Positions 15,401 through 27,859 of a DNA stretch of 64,000 nt are shown here, piece by piece. The translations under genes and the position numbers were made by a program. This DNA is from Owenia fusiformis (taxonomy: Eukaryota). The stretch lies in NCBI GenBank assembly GCA_903813345.2, contig CAIIXF020000001.1, positions 45,880,001 through 45,944,000 of the forward strand, given 5' to 3'. Under the pieces are notes generated by a model. That model had not been told where the DNA came from. It was given only the letters and a program-made list of their open reading frames with translations, and did no database searches. The first letter of the stretch is position 1. Each line of letters starts with the position of its first letter.

Positions 15401-16836
15401 GCTGTACAATCATCTGCACACAACATGCCGGCATTGAGCACTTCTACTCCGCCAACTGGCAGTGAACAAATCAATATTGATATGAATAAATAATGAGTAT
15501 GGGCTTTCTCATTCGTTAAGACAATAGGATCGTAGCAACTCATTGAGAACAGGAGATTGAATATCTGATGTGAAGTGGTCAAAGAATACCAAAGAGCCAG
15601 CACATGGGCTTAAACGTCCCTTCCACATTGTGTATCTGCCGCCTGTGATGTGCATTATGCACAATATAAACAAGAATCAATACATTCACCAGGAAAGCCA
15701 GTTAACCAGCATTAACAATGAAATATGTTCTACATCCTAACTTATTTTACATATTGCGAATAATCAATTTCATGTAGCCACGACAAGAGTTCAACATTCC
15801 CCTGTTACATCAATGATTGATTTTTTATGTGTTCAAATTCCATCAGTCTCATTTCTTCCTCGCCCATCCAAAGAAGTTCAACAAATCTACATCACTAAAT
15901 AACAAAATAAATTCCAACTCAAAAAATATCCATGGTACACATGCACATGACGTATTGAAAGAGATACATTATCAGTGAAAAGGGATGTTTTCAACAATGA
16001 GCTAGAACGAGATAAATGCTGCCATTGTAGCATTGACTTCACTACGCTTTAGACATTTATCAAATTGTTAAGAGCCATATATTATGCTTACAACAAAACA
16101 CAAATCCCCTGAAATTCAACTCATTTCTTAATTACAACATGAAACATGTAAAATGTAAAAATTGATATCAGCAATATAACTAATACATGTGAGAACACAG
16201 TAAACACGTAAATATCATAAGAAATATGCATGAAATGAAATAACAATAACCGTGTTTTATCCTAATGGTTTTTTCCAAGGGAAAGCACCTTGCAATGAAT
16301 GTACATCTACTTCAAAGTCAAAGGCAAGGAATCTATCAGTAGGAATAGCAATAACTAAGAAGAGCAATTCTAAATAGTCAATGCTATCCAGGCCATGCAG
16401 TACACTAGCTAAATCTCTAGTATAGGTATACTATACACGCTTTTTGCAGCAATAAAAATTGAACTCTCAGACCATAAAGGAGTAAAGTTATCAGTTAGCA
16501 TGAATCAGTATCCATGGTCTGTGAGTACATGCTGGTACATTGCAGTTTATATGGTTTCAATTCTAATGAAAAAGTATGTTATTCTCTATATGTATAATAT
16601 CAGAAAACATATAAGCTCATATGTTCCCTTTGTAAAGAGTTTTACACTTTTAAAAGAGAGCATCATCTGTGTTTCAGAGTAATTGGAATCCTAACAAACA
16701 CCCTTAATCCCCAAAAGACAACCTGGCATATTTCTCATCATTTTCAAACTTCCTTAGGGGGCAGGTAAAATATCAATATGTCGTCATGATTTGCAAAACT
16801 AATTATACACGTGGGAATCCAGGTTTCATATATTAT

Positions 16837-16989
16837 AACAAGGTATTAACATGCAAAATGTCACTACCTGCCACTTGTTACAGAAGCTGACCACCTAATG
16901 CCTAACACCGAATACCAACCACTGAACACTGTCCACAAAAAGATGGAGACTATAACATCATGTCACTATTTCTGGTGGTGACATAAAAA
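16837..16989 (-). mobile_element. Short HINE-like element
   Basis: AACAAGGTATTAACATGCAAAATGTCAC...GGTGGTGACATAAAAA. Both family ends are present. Confidence 0.75.
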
Positions 16990-19436
16990 CACTTCAAACA
17001 CTATAATGTAACTTTTCATTCGATAAGGTAAAATAACAGAGAAAATGATATTTAGACCCAGTCCATAAATGAAACGAAGAAATGTCACCTTGCAGAATCG
17101 TGACTATTTATCGAATACTAAGACAGAGAACTAATCAATTGCTCACCACTGTTTCTCTGCCTGACCCAGCTAAATGCATTGTATTACCCATCAATGAATT
17201 TGCTATTTCAACCTGAAGTTATATATTCAATAAAGTATAACGAAGTATATACAATGAAATTAATAGAAGAGAAAAAACAATATGATCAATACAGACCTGT
17301 AGGTGGCAGATTTTCCTCTTAGTATGGTTTCAATTTGGTTCCGATTGTAAGGAGGAACCTGCAAGTGTCAGGATTGATTGGTCTTTCCACTAGTATAAAC
17401 ATAGTACTTCCTAATCGAATCGACACCAGAGAAGAAAATGATATTGAGCTATATCCCTGATATGCACCATGTTATCCCATGTTTAATTTAAAGGATTAAA
17501 AATTGCATGATTCACCTAACTGTTTGATCCACACAACGATATCTTTATTGACTCATGGATAATATTTTTTTCTCAAAACCATAGGATATTCCTTGAAAGT
17601 AGACTTACCTCATCCGTTTTTAAAATCGAAAAACATCAACAGAAAATGAGTTTCTAATGATTATTGATTAGTAATTCAATTCGTAGTTTGATAGTCTCCA
17701 TCACTGACCCCCATGTACCATTAATCCTGATCTTAGCAACTACTCCCCTATCCCTGTTCTTTCCCAGTAGAGCTGAGAAAATAAGCAAATTACACTAAAG
17801 TTTCTCCATTATCCCATGTTGATGCATTTTATACTCTCTTCTATATTAAGGATGACAATATGATTAAACATCCATTTTTCCTCATCTGAGTTTATCCAAC
17901 AGAGTCCAACATCTCATCAATGATTTACCAGAGATTGTACATAGCATACAAGATCAACCAGACTAGACACTAACAAGTCAATATAACTTTGAAAAATAAG
18001 CTACATCAAATATACATTCACGGTTTAACGATGCGAATGCATTTAGCATAAATCTATTGTTACATAACAGCATTTTAAGTTTCTTGAATTATTAAAGTAT
18101 AACTTTCATATATTGTATTTGGTACATATTACTAAAACTGCCGAAGCACAATTCTTTCTCAGTACCAAAATACACTAGAATCAATGCCATCTATAGAACA
18201 CTGTACCACTAAATTACACGATTAAAATGGAGTGATTTGTTGTAATGTCATCCAGGCACGCTAATCTTAACTTCACTAAAAGCTTATCCCATCTTTTTCA
18301 ATTTAGAAACACCCATCAAAAACATTGAGCAGAAACTCTAGAAATAATTGCTCCAAACCATAGAAAGTTGTCCTTCAATGCGCCTATTAAAGCTTAGTAT
18401 CATCATTGCATTAATAATTGTATTTTTAATGATATCTTATTAATCAAGTGTCAGTCATCAATGAACATGAAGTCTGATGATAATATAACATGATATTGTC
18501 TAATTAACAATCATCTAACTGAAAAACATTGTTTAAAGGATGATATTGTTGACAGTCAACTTTAAATTATAATCAATATTTTCATAATTTCTGCACAGCG
18601 TGGACATAAAGATATATGTACATGTACAGTTGTACACTATTCTTGGCTTACTAACTTATACAATGTATTAAATTTCATGATAGGCTAGTAATGTAGTAAT
18701 GAGTGAAATTAAAGCAAAGGCAATCTTTTTTCTGTGGACCTGACCCAATCAGATAGGACTGTTGTTTTGATATTCAATTATTCAGTAACTTTATTGATTA
18801 TTTCATGTAAGTCTTAAATATTGAGGTAAGCAGAATTAAAGAAATATTCTGATTGATAAACTCGGTCCTTAATTAAATGCTTGCCACTCATTTGTACTCA
18901 ACTCTCACTCTCTGAGGAAAGTAATGGCCAAGCCAAGATGCTTGTCACTGACCTCGTAAGCAAACGATTCCAAAAGTATTTTACTCTACTCACGTCATCG
19001 CTGATTCACAAATAATACAGTCATGTGAACTTTATCTCACACAAAGAACACAGGGGTAACATAATAAAAGGTGAGGTAATGTAAAATAATAGGCTCTATT
19101 TGATACGAGTATCACTCACTTCCGTTTCACTCAGATAAATGCATCCAATAAAAGTAGATAGGTTTGGCATTCATTTCGATTAACAAGCGACAAAATAATA
19201 TCGCATTGAAAAGAAGATTATTACTACGGCCAATAACAAAAGCTAGATGAGGAGTCGGAAATTAATTTCTGCACAAATTAATTTTTTTATTGAGTTTACC
19301 AAGTCAATGCAATTATAGAAGATTGGAGGTGTAATGTTTATTGCAGTTACACATAGTAACCATGATATTCTAACATTTTAGCCAATCAGCACTCTTTAGA
19401 AATAGTATTCCCAAATGGCAGATTTCACGTAAATCA

Positions 19437-19856
19437 TATTATCCTACACTTAGTGTACTAAATGTATAATAACATTAAAAAATAAATTTGATATTTATTG
19501 GCAAAATGAATATCCGGATGATATCATAACGATATACTCCGGGCGGAGGATATCGTGACGATAAACTCCGGAAAACCCAATATGCGGAGGATATTGTGAC
19601 GATATACTCCGCTTGTTGATTTCCCGCCAAATTGACTCTATTTGGCATATGGAATTAATTTTGCAATGATATTATACATTTAGTACACTCCTTGTAAGTG
19701 TAGGATAATAAGAACATCCTATGATTTTTTCAGAATATCATTTTAATCTACTCGGTGATATTGATATATGCACTCGTTCGCTTCGCTCCCTCGTGCAGAT
19801 ATCAATATCACCTCGTAGATAAAAATGATATTCCTCAAAATCATAGGATATCCTAT
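19437..19856 (-). mobile_element. Hairpin element A: long GA-mismatch hairpin (19716-19849) plus inverted repeat (19437-19475 / 19665-19710)
   Basis: The minus strand folds into a ~134-nt hairpin with a GCGAAGC apex and four GA/GA tandem mismatches. An adjacent TATTATCCTACACTTA inverted repeat encloses short GATATACTCCG repeats. Confidence 0.7.
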
Positions 19857-20718
19857 AAATATATCTGTGACCCACATAAGTAATATCATACTTTCTCTTC
19901 AATATCATTTTATGATTAACTTAAAATGTCAAATTTCTTTAATTCTCGAAAAAAGCTGATGGCATATAATATTACAATATCATGGTTTCTAATAGGTACT
20001 CGTAATAAAAATCACTCTCAATCTTTGATAATTATATTGATTTCATAACAAGATAAATTATATAGAAATTGATTTCCTTCGTTTAAGTATGAAAAGATTC
20101 ATTATTTTATATGTAATATGCTGTAATGCACAAAATCTCAAATTAATAATATCAGAGGGAGAAAATATCATTGAGGCTATTTTGCAAATTTCTCCATGGT
20201 TACAGCAAATAGCATAACGAAAAAAACAGAAATAGGAGAAGAAGCACATCTTGTGGTTTTGCATAAAATTGTCAGATATATATACAGAACTGATATACTT
20301 GAATAAGAAATATGGAAATAAAAAAGAAAAATGATGTTACATTTATGGGGAGTGTTCACCACTAACAAATGTACGTCCTTACTCATCAGTATCCATCAGA
20401 AAGATGTTTTAATCACGCTTTCACAAGATTACATGCATACCTAATGAGATATGGCCTTACACTGTCTCGTCAAATAACAATAAAATGAAAGATGTACCAT
20501 CTATTTCCCCTGTTGGTGGCGTCAGTATATTCCGAAGCACTCCTAGTTTATAGGGAGTTAATCAATACATACAATGTAATGAAAGATGATCTTCTGATCT
20601 GAATAGCAAGCTTGATTTTATTTGGAAAATAATTTGTCTTGGAAAGTTTTGTAACGTGTAAGGTCATATTTCATACAATTACTCTCTGAAATAAAATCTA
20701 CTCATTTTACCAATGCTA

Positions 20719-20765
20719 GCAAGGCATTATCATGCAAAATGTCACTTCTGGCGGTGACATAAAAA
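20719..20765 (-). mobile_element. Minimal HINE-like element (ends only)
   Basis: CAAGGCATTATCATGCAAAATGTCACTTCTGGCGGTGACATAAAAA: the two family ends are fused. Confidence 0.6.
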
Positions 20766-20981
20766 CATATGAGTGGGGTAATGATTTAAACTCGTCTCAT
20801 TAATGACCATTGCTCATATGTTTTAATAAACAAGGGAAAAATTGCAACTTTTTGACCCACAGCCTCTCAAACAAAATTGTAATGTTTTCATCAGAGCAAA
20901 ATCATTCTTGTAAGTATTTTTTTACGATTTTTTACGTACGATTCAATTCATATTCTTAAAAAACATGTAAAAGATTCTCAC

Positions 20982-21471
20982 CTAGCTGCTACGCCACCTG
21001 GTTGAATCTCTTGTACAAAAATGCCAAGTTCCCCACGATTTTCACTTTTCAAGCCGACAACACTGAAGCCAAGACTCTGTGCCTCTGATTTGTACAACTG
21101 AATAATATGTGTGGGACGTTCTTGAGCCGCAGCCTCTATGTTTGCCATGAAGTCCTTATCATAGTGAGGCGTAGTTTGCGCATCTTGTTGAACCTCTACA
21201 GTTGTAACATTTTGTGCCAATCGTTCTTTGATGTCTTCATTCAGTACAAGCTCTCCAGAGTTATTAATATCGAAATCATCAAGTTTTAAAGGTGTTATTT
21301 GTTGAGTTCTGTTAAGCTCGTCTATAGAGTCTTGTATCTTGAGTAACTGGGTGAGGATGGGGTTGTCAAGGGAACAGATGAGGTTGGCTAAGTCATCTTC
21401 AAGACTGCTATCCCCCTGCTCAAGCATCAACTGTTGTATTTGTTGCAATGCCTCCACCGCACCCTGTGATT
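20982..21471 (-). CDS. PATJ: PATJ/MPDZ (MUPP1)-family multi-PDZ protein, coding exon 2: L27 domain and N-terminal half of PDZ1
   Basis: L27-like segment (EDDLANLICSLDNPILTQLLKIQDSIDELN) and PDZ1 (SLGFSVVGLKSENRGELGIFVQEIQPGGVAAR), closely matching the MPDZ/PATJ PDZ1 motif. Acceptor tttccag, donor AG|gtgaga, phases 1 to 2. The invertebrate gene is probably co-orthologous to PATJ and MPDZ. Confidence 0.92.
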
Positions 21472-21931
21472 CTGGAAACAAGACACACAGTGGTAAATAC
21501 ATAGTCTTTTTTATTGAAAAATTCAAAGTAATTTACAGAGCATGCCTCAATATAATCAGATTTTGGCACCAGTCTGCTCTTGCAATTGTAAAAAATTCAA
21601 GCTGCATGGGTGAGTGGTTTTCCTGGAATGTTGATGACACAATTCATGAAGTGCCCTCCCACCTGCCTCTCCACTCACCCAGGCACCCATCCAGACAGAT
21701 GTACAATGTACGCTCAACAGTACAAGATAATGACAATATAGCAAAAAGTGTAATAAAAAGTTTATAAAAGAGGCTACATTTTATGAAATGCAAACAGAAA
21801 AGAAATCAGGTGGGGCATCGGAGACCTATTTACCTAAGGAAGGAAAACTTTTTAAATTCTAGTCACGTGGTGTTAAGATTGACCAATGAGGGAATATCAC
21901 CATATAGGAAATGATATTTAGAATCACTTAC

Positions 21932-21947
21932 CTGCGTAAACAGACAT
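21932..21947 (-). CDS. PATJ: PATJ/MPDZ coding exon 1 (MSVYA-E); full exon 22002-21932
   Basis: ATG TCT GTT TAC GCA G|gtaagt. The phase-1 donor fits the acceptor at 21471. Upstream acceptor actttcag before 22002. Confidence 0.8.
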
Positions 21948-23534
21948 AGCAGTGTCACATATAGTAATCTGTCACCAAAGCTGCACTACTTGAAGCCGAA
22001 ATCTGAAAGTATAGAACAAATATACATGTACATTTGTACTAAGAAAATATCACAAATATAGCATGTAATCTGTGTTTCTGATTGTTGCCTCTCATGTACT
22101 TTTTACTGAAAGATGTACTCACACATTTTTTTGAGCTGACTCGTGGTAATTTCCAATGACATCTTAAAACATGGAGAAATGCACATACTTAAATCATATC
22201 ATAATTCCTTGAGCATGTATTTTATTACCTTGGCACTTATTATTTCCTAGACCAAATAAATCATTTAGAAATAACATATGTCTAATAGCATTCTAATTAG
22301 GCAATCTAAAGTCTGCCTCTGTTCAAACAGACCTATAAGTGATTCTGAGTAGGCATAAAGGAGCATACTTTAGGTGTGCAGTTTATACATTTATTATATT
22401 GATCCGATTGGTCTTTGTATATGGGGACAGTCGACCAGTCTTCATGCCCATAGCCAGCTTTCATAAGGAGGGGTCCTAATTTTTCAGAAGGGCTCTTACT
22501 TTTCAGGCAAGGCAATCTAATTTTTCAGCAGAACTCAAAATTGCTGATTTAAAAATGCTAATTATACTCTAACAATTTCTGTACATGCCCACTGGGCTCC
22601 CTAGATACAGGCATGATGTTAAACAAATATATGTAAAATCATTATTCTATGGGTAACTACATGTATTCACATCATATAGTCACTAGTCTTTAACACAAGC
22701 CAGAAAAACAATTAACATTTTCGCTGTAGGTTTCCTGCTGTAGGTTTAGTGCCTAGATGTAGTTTATGTAGATTTGTATGTTATTACTGGCTGGTAATAA
22801 GACTGATATAACATATTTGGAATTGTTTAGCTTTAAAAACCAGTTTCACTATGCTATCTCAATAATGCTACAGTATATTTTAGCATGCACATTTTAAACT
22901 TGTAAATTCAACTTGAGATCTGATTGGGACATAAGTATATTTTCACGCTGGGTGAAAAGAACACTCCGACACATATGTATAATATACCTGCTTTCATATA
23001 TAAAATAAACATTGTTTCACTTCAAATCCATTCAAAGCACCAAATATGAGAAATATAATTGAATAAAAACAATATTCAAAGATATCTATTTTCAAAGAGC
23101 ATATTTATGCCCTCTAAAAATGCCTGTAACTCAAAATACTTTTGTGTATAATATTTTCAGTATTCTACTTAAAACAGATCCATGATCTTAAGAACAATCA
23201 AGTTAACCTGACTTGAGATACTTAGCAAAGTATAACCTATAAGCTATTATACCCCCTTTTAAGAACAATCCAAAAACAGACATAACTGTTATAAAGATAA
23301 ATGAAGTTGTTCAAACTTACAGTTCCTGAGAAATTATGAAATTGCTTATTTACTGAACATATTTTCAAGTACATAAGGCATATAGCACAAATAGGCATAA
23401 CAAAGAAAACAAGGAATGATATGAGGCACAGATGATTCTCAAACTTTTCAAAAATGTTACTTTTGAAGCTAACGCTATATACCTTTCACAACAACTTCTA
23501 TAGATTTAGTCTCAAAGAGTAAATGATTAATAGT

Positions 23535-23810
23535 CCACCCGCTATGGCTCGATGGCAGAGCCATTAAGGTTTCTACTATTGCTTGGCCCTGGGTTTGATT
23601 TCCAGTGTCAGACCAAGTTTGTTTGTGTGTTATGTAATTCTAGGTGTTTGACTGAGTGCCACAACTTGTATTTAAAGGCTGTGTACTATGTACTAGTAGG
23701 TCTGTGTACTGGTGCACATAAAATAACACAGGGCTCCTCTAAGGAGGGGTGTCACTCTTGGTCTTCGAGACCAGAGTGTAAAATATGTAAAATACAAAAA
23801 ATACAATTGT
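23535..23810 (+). mobile_element. tRNA-derived SINE
   Basis: A box TGGCTCGATGG (~23545), B-box-like GGTTTGATTTCC (~23592), A-rich AAAATAC tail. Confidence 0.55.
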
Positions 23811-25245
23811 GGTATTGCTCACCAAAATATGGTGGTTTAACCAAAAACCATTTACATAACAGTAAGTGATAAAGGTAGGATCTGAATCTACACTAATGAA
23901 ATGTTGCTTTCATATGTTGTTTGATGAAACCACTTGTGATGTTATCATCAGCATTATTAATATTTCATAGTATTACCTACAACCGGTTTTCGCTAGGGGC
24001 TATATATTCTATCATTAAGAATTAATTAACATGGTACATAGTATAGAGATGGAGTATTCATAATGATACCTCATTTTAAACTGACGTGGGAATGAACTAG
24101 AGGAATTGTTCAGTCAGTTTTGTATTGAGCCCCTCTAATGCCTCTATTCAGAAAATGTTCAGATTGTTAGAAAAAAGCAGTCAAAAATCGCTAAGAATAT
24201 GAAATATCCAAATACTTCAAATTTTCAACGTACTTCAAATTTCTCCCCCCCCCTCCCAAGTAATTAAACCTGAAAAGAGAATGGGGGAGGTGCAGTGGCC
24301 ACAGATACAAGACTGTTATCTATTTGTTGTTATTAGTTTTCATATATATATTTTGGTGACTAGCATCAGATACTTAATCAAAATACATGTACTTGTTTTG
24401 TTCATTCGTACACATAATGAGTTTGACCCCTATCTTCAGTAGATTAAATAAACTCCAAAACTTGAAAAACTACCAAAACTACAAGACTGGTATTGTGATA
24501 AAATGGATCGAAGGAAATTAATGGATGGTGTCTAATTGTCCAACTTTTAATGTGGAAGAATGGGAAATCAATATTTTTAAATTGCATAACATGACATCTA
24601 GGAGATTAAACCACAATGCAATTACCTTCATTTTTCTACAACTTGGACGTCATCTTTCATTTATGATTATTTTTTGGAAGCAAGTTCACTGGTCCCCACC
24701 TGGAGCGTCTTTATATCAAAATGGATGAACTTTCATCGGAGGAAATTTTAATTTTTGTCATTTTCGCCAAGAAGGAGGTTGATCTGTATCCAAATGTTTT
24801 ACCTAATAACTCTGGTTACTGAATAGCGAATCAGTCACAAGTATATAGCAATCCAAGATGTTCAGATATTAAGCTTAATTATTCAGGAATTTTCTAATTA
24901 AAGTTTTTCAACAACATTAGACCCTACAATTTTACCTAAAATGAGGTGCCACAAGGTTTCTTTCCAAACAAAAACTTATGTGATAGTCTCATTCTTTCAT
25001 GTACAAATTTGGTCCGATACTGAAGTTTTTGATAAAAATGACTCTGGGAAGATCTACCCTAACTTCACACCCTTAATCTCCATATCTCCTGTACCCCAAT
25101 GTGGGATCAAAATATTTTCTAGTTTTCAAGTAAAACAAAAAAAAAACAATCATATATCAGATACCTAATTTTTGTACATTTGAGAAAGTTAATTTTATGT
25201 TCAGAAATGCTGTTACAGTAGCATCTTGTTATTTAGGGTGGTTAA

Positions 25246-25717
25246 TAGCGGTGTCAAGGATACCCGATTTTGTTCCGTTCCATGGAATCAGGCTCTCGGG
25301 TCTGAGCACGGAACAATTATTCAACATTTTGGTTCGGATTCGGAACAAGAAAAGTATACCTTTACACAGCTTTTAGCCCTCAAATCCCTGCAAAATGGCA
25401 TTTTTCTTTGCATCGAAAGAAGTCCATTTTTACACTCCTTCTCATCGAAGAGTTTTCAAGAGGTTTTTGCTACCAACTTATTTCATACATACTAAATATG
25501 CTAAGGGTTTATCTTTCTTGAGTAAACCCGAAAAACAATGTATTGAAGACACTTTGAAGGATGGGAAAATCCTTGTTTGGAAATATTGCGGTAATCCCAT
25601 GATTAGGTTCAGCAGGACCAGAGTGCTTTCAAAGATGTGAGATCCTAATAACAGACACTCAAGCCAAATGGTCCGAACCGACCTGTTCCAACTTTATTTT
25701 GTTTTGTGACACTCCTA
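25246..25717. mobile_element. Non-autonomous hAT element
   Basis: Termini TAGCGGTGTCA...TGACACTCCTA, with a perfect 8-bp TSD GTGGTTAA. Confidence 0.85.
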
Positions 25718-26383
25718 GTGGTTAAGCCATGTTTAATATTGAGGCCATGCTTCAAAAAGCAGTGGAGCAGAGTAGCATCAAAATACAAGAGCAGTAGCAA
25801 ATTTGCCACCTGATATGTGATAAGTTTTGTATACATCATTGATCAAACCAATTCCATCATGTAAAAGAACTCATGGAATCAATGAAAAACTATCTGTTTT
25901 CCCCAAATTGCTTAATTCATCATATATACGACAAGAGAGTTACGATAGCGATAAACAACCTTATTAACGCTGATTGGTTAAAAGAGATCAACCAACCCAA
26001 ATTGCACTTTAGCTCACATCTGATTGACCATCCGTTCGGCATGTTTGAGAGAGCAGTTTCAAGATTCCAGTGTGGAAGTTCAAACCTGATGTATTGATAG
26101 GTCGTCACATGCAATGTGGAAAATCACTCTACTTCATAAAAGTGAAAGACCATGAACAAAACTAAATGCTTGTTTTGTTGGCAAAGCAACATATTAATGA
26201 TGTCACATATTAATTCAGAATCAACAGTACCTTGTGAAGTTTAGATTTTTGTATGTTTAAAGTTGCTGATGAGGTAATGTGTGTCTGATGTCAAAGATTA
26301 TGTAAAATACCATAACTTCGAATCACAACATCATATGACGACTTGATATAGGTTGCATTGAAGACCTGGTATGATATAAGCTA

Positions 26384-26592
26384 CAGTAATCTCTCTGGAG
26401 CATTAAAGCAAGTAGGCGCAGCACCTACCTGATATTTTGAAAACAGGCTTGCACCCACATGAAAATATATTTGCACCTACTTGAAAATGATAAAAATCAT
26501 GAAAAATTGGCACATTTTGTTTAACTTTGGTCTGAATTATAAAAATGAGAATTTTGCAACCACTTGAGAAGAAAATTCTGTGGAGAACACTG
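26384..26592 (+). mobile_element. ~207-bp MITE with 5-bp TSD (copy 2)
   Basis: CAGTAATCTCTC...GGAGAACACTG, TSD AGCTA on both sides. Confidence 0.85.
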
Positions 26593-27391
26593 AGCTAATA
26601 AGGATGGACCTAAAGCTACATCAATAATGCAAATTTTCACAACCGGTCTGAGCCCTAATGCAAACCCATCAATAGAGGTCCGCCCACATTGTGGGGGGGG
26701 AGCTTCGTCAAAATACTGTGAGACTCAGGTGGTCATGTAGTCTAGTCTTTACTCGAGTCTCTACATAACTTCATCGATTTCGTATGTGATCTAGAAAAAG
26801 TGTCACACGCACATAGAACTCCTATTTAATAAATCTCAAACTCAACAGATCCACCATTTATACAGCTCACTCAGCAGAAAAATGGAGGCCATTTCGAAAT
26901 GAAATTCCACTTAGCTAAATCGAAATATATAAAACAATCGATTAGAACGGGGATATGAACAGATATTCTGCAAATGTATGCAAAATATGTTTCATATAAT
27001 TATGGCATAACAACTGTGTGTGTGTGTCACCGTGATTTACAAATATTGAGTATCAGGGCGGCTGTAAACAATCACTCAAAGCCGGAAATATTGAGAAGGC
27101 TTTGGACCTAAGTAATCTCATAGAGCTGCATCAGTCTTTATGTCTCATTCCATAAACAAATCCATGAATAAGTAATATTAGATGCACCTCATATAAAACA
27201 ATCAGTAACATATATCATGAATGTTCATCAACACACCCCTTTTCCAAAGTTAAAAAAAATATCAAAATATTTTGTTGTTACTTTTAAAAAGCATAATTTA
27301 ATTATGAATCCTTAACTATGCACTACTAAGAATATATTACTGGGAAGCAAAAATTACAATTGTGAAACACAGGATCCCAACAGAGGCTTAC

Positions 27392-27725
27392 CTTATGCTT
27401 CGAAGACAGATATTCCGAAATATTTATTAAGTTTTAAACTTTTCACGAAGTGACGAAAAATGGCAGCACTTCCTGTTCCTGAAAGTAGAACAAATTACTC
27501 CGCGTTAAATTCTTGACATATTTTTGTTGAAACTGCTATTCATTCACAAAACACATGTATTTTCAAAACCAAAAGATATATTTGAACATTTAATATATAA
27601 TTTAGTAGTGAAATATTGAATCAGATGGTACACAAACAGATATTTTTCTCATAGCGGATGTTTGTCATTTAGATGTTCTTCGGTCAGCTAAAACTTTTGA
27701 AAAAAAATAAAATGAAAACAAGAAA
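27392..27725. promoter_or_regulatory. Putative bidirectional promoter: PATJ non-coding first exon (donor after 27392, minus) and TM2D1 5' region (plus)
   Basis: Strong minus-strand donor AAG|gtaagc at 27392. ETS-like CACTTCCTG and YY1-like AAAATGGC at ~27457-27475. TM2D1 ATG lies ~330 bp away. Confidence 0.6.
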
Positions 27726-27859
27726 ATGATTCTGAAGAAATCGGTGTTTTATTGGACAATTCGACTTCACATCGTGACTTTAAGTTTACAATTTATTTAT
27801 GTTGTGGCTGAGAATGTGCTCAAAACACAGCGGTCATGTTCTCAATTACAACCAGGGCA
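27726..27859 (+). CDS. TM2D1: TM2 domain-containing protein 1, exon 1 (signal peptide...CSQLQPGQ)
   Basis: Hydrophobic leader followed by C-x2-L-x2-GQ as in TM2D1. Ends at the U12 donor CA|GTATCCTTT. Confidence 0.88.

Noticed and set aside
21472..21526. N-terminal extension of ORF 20978..21526 (MNFSIKK...)
   Set aside because: Intronic: the acceptor is at 21471 and the start codon lies in the upstream exon at 21947.
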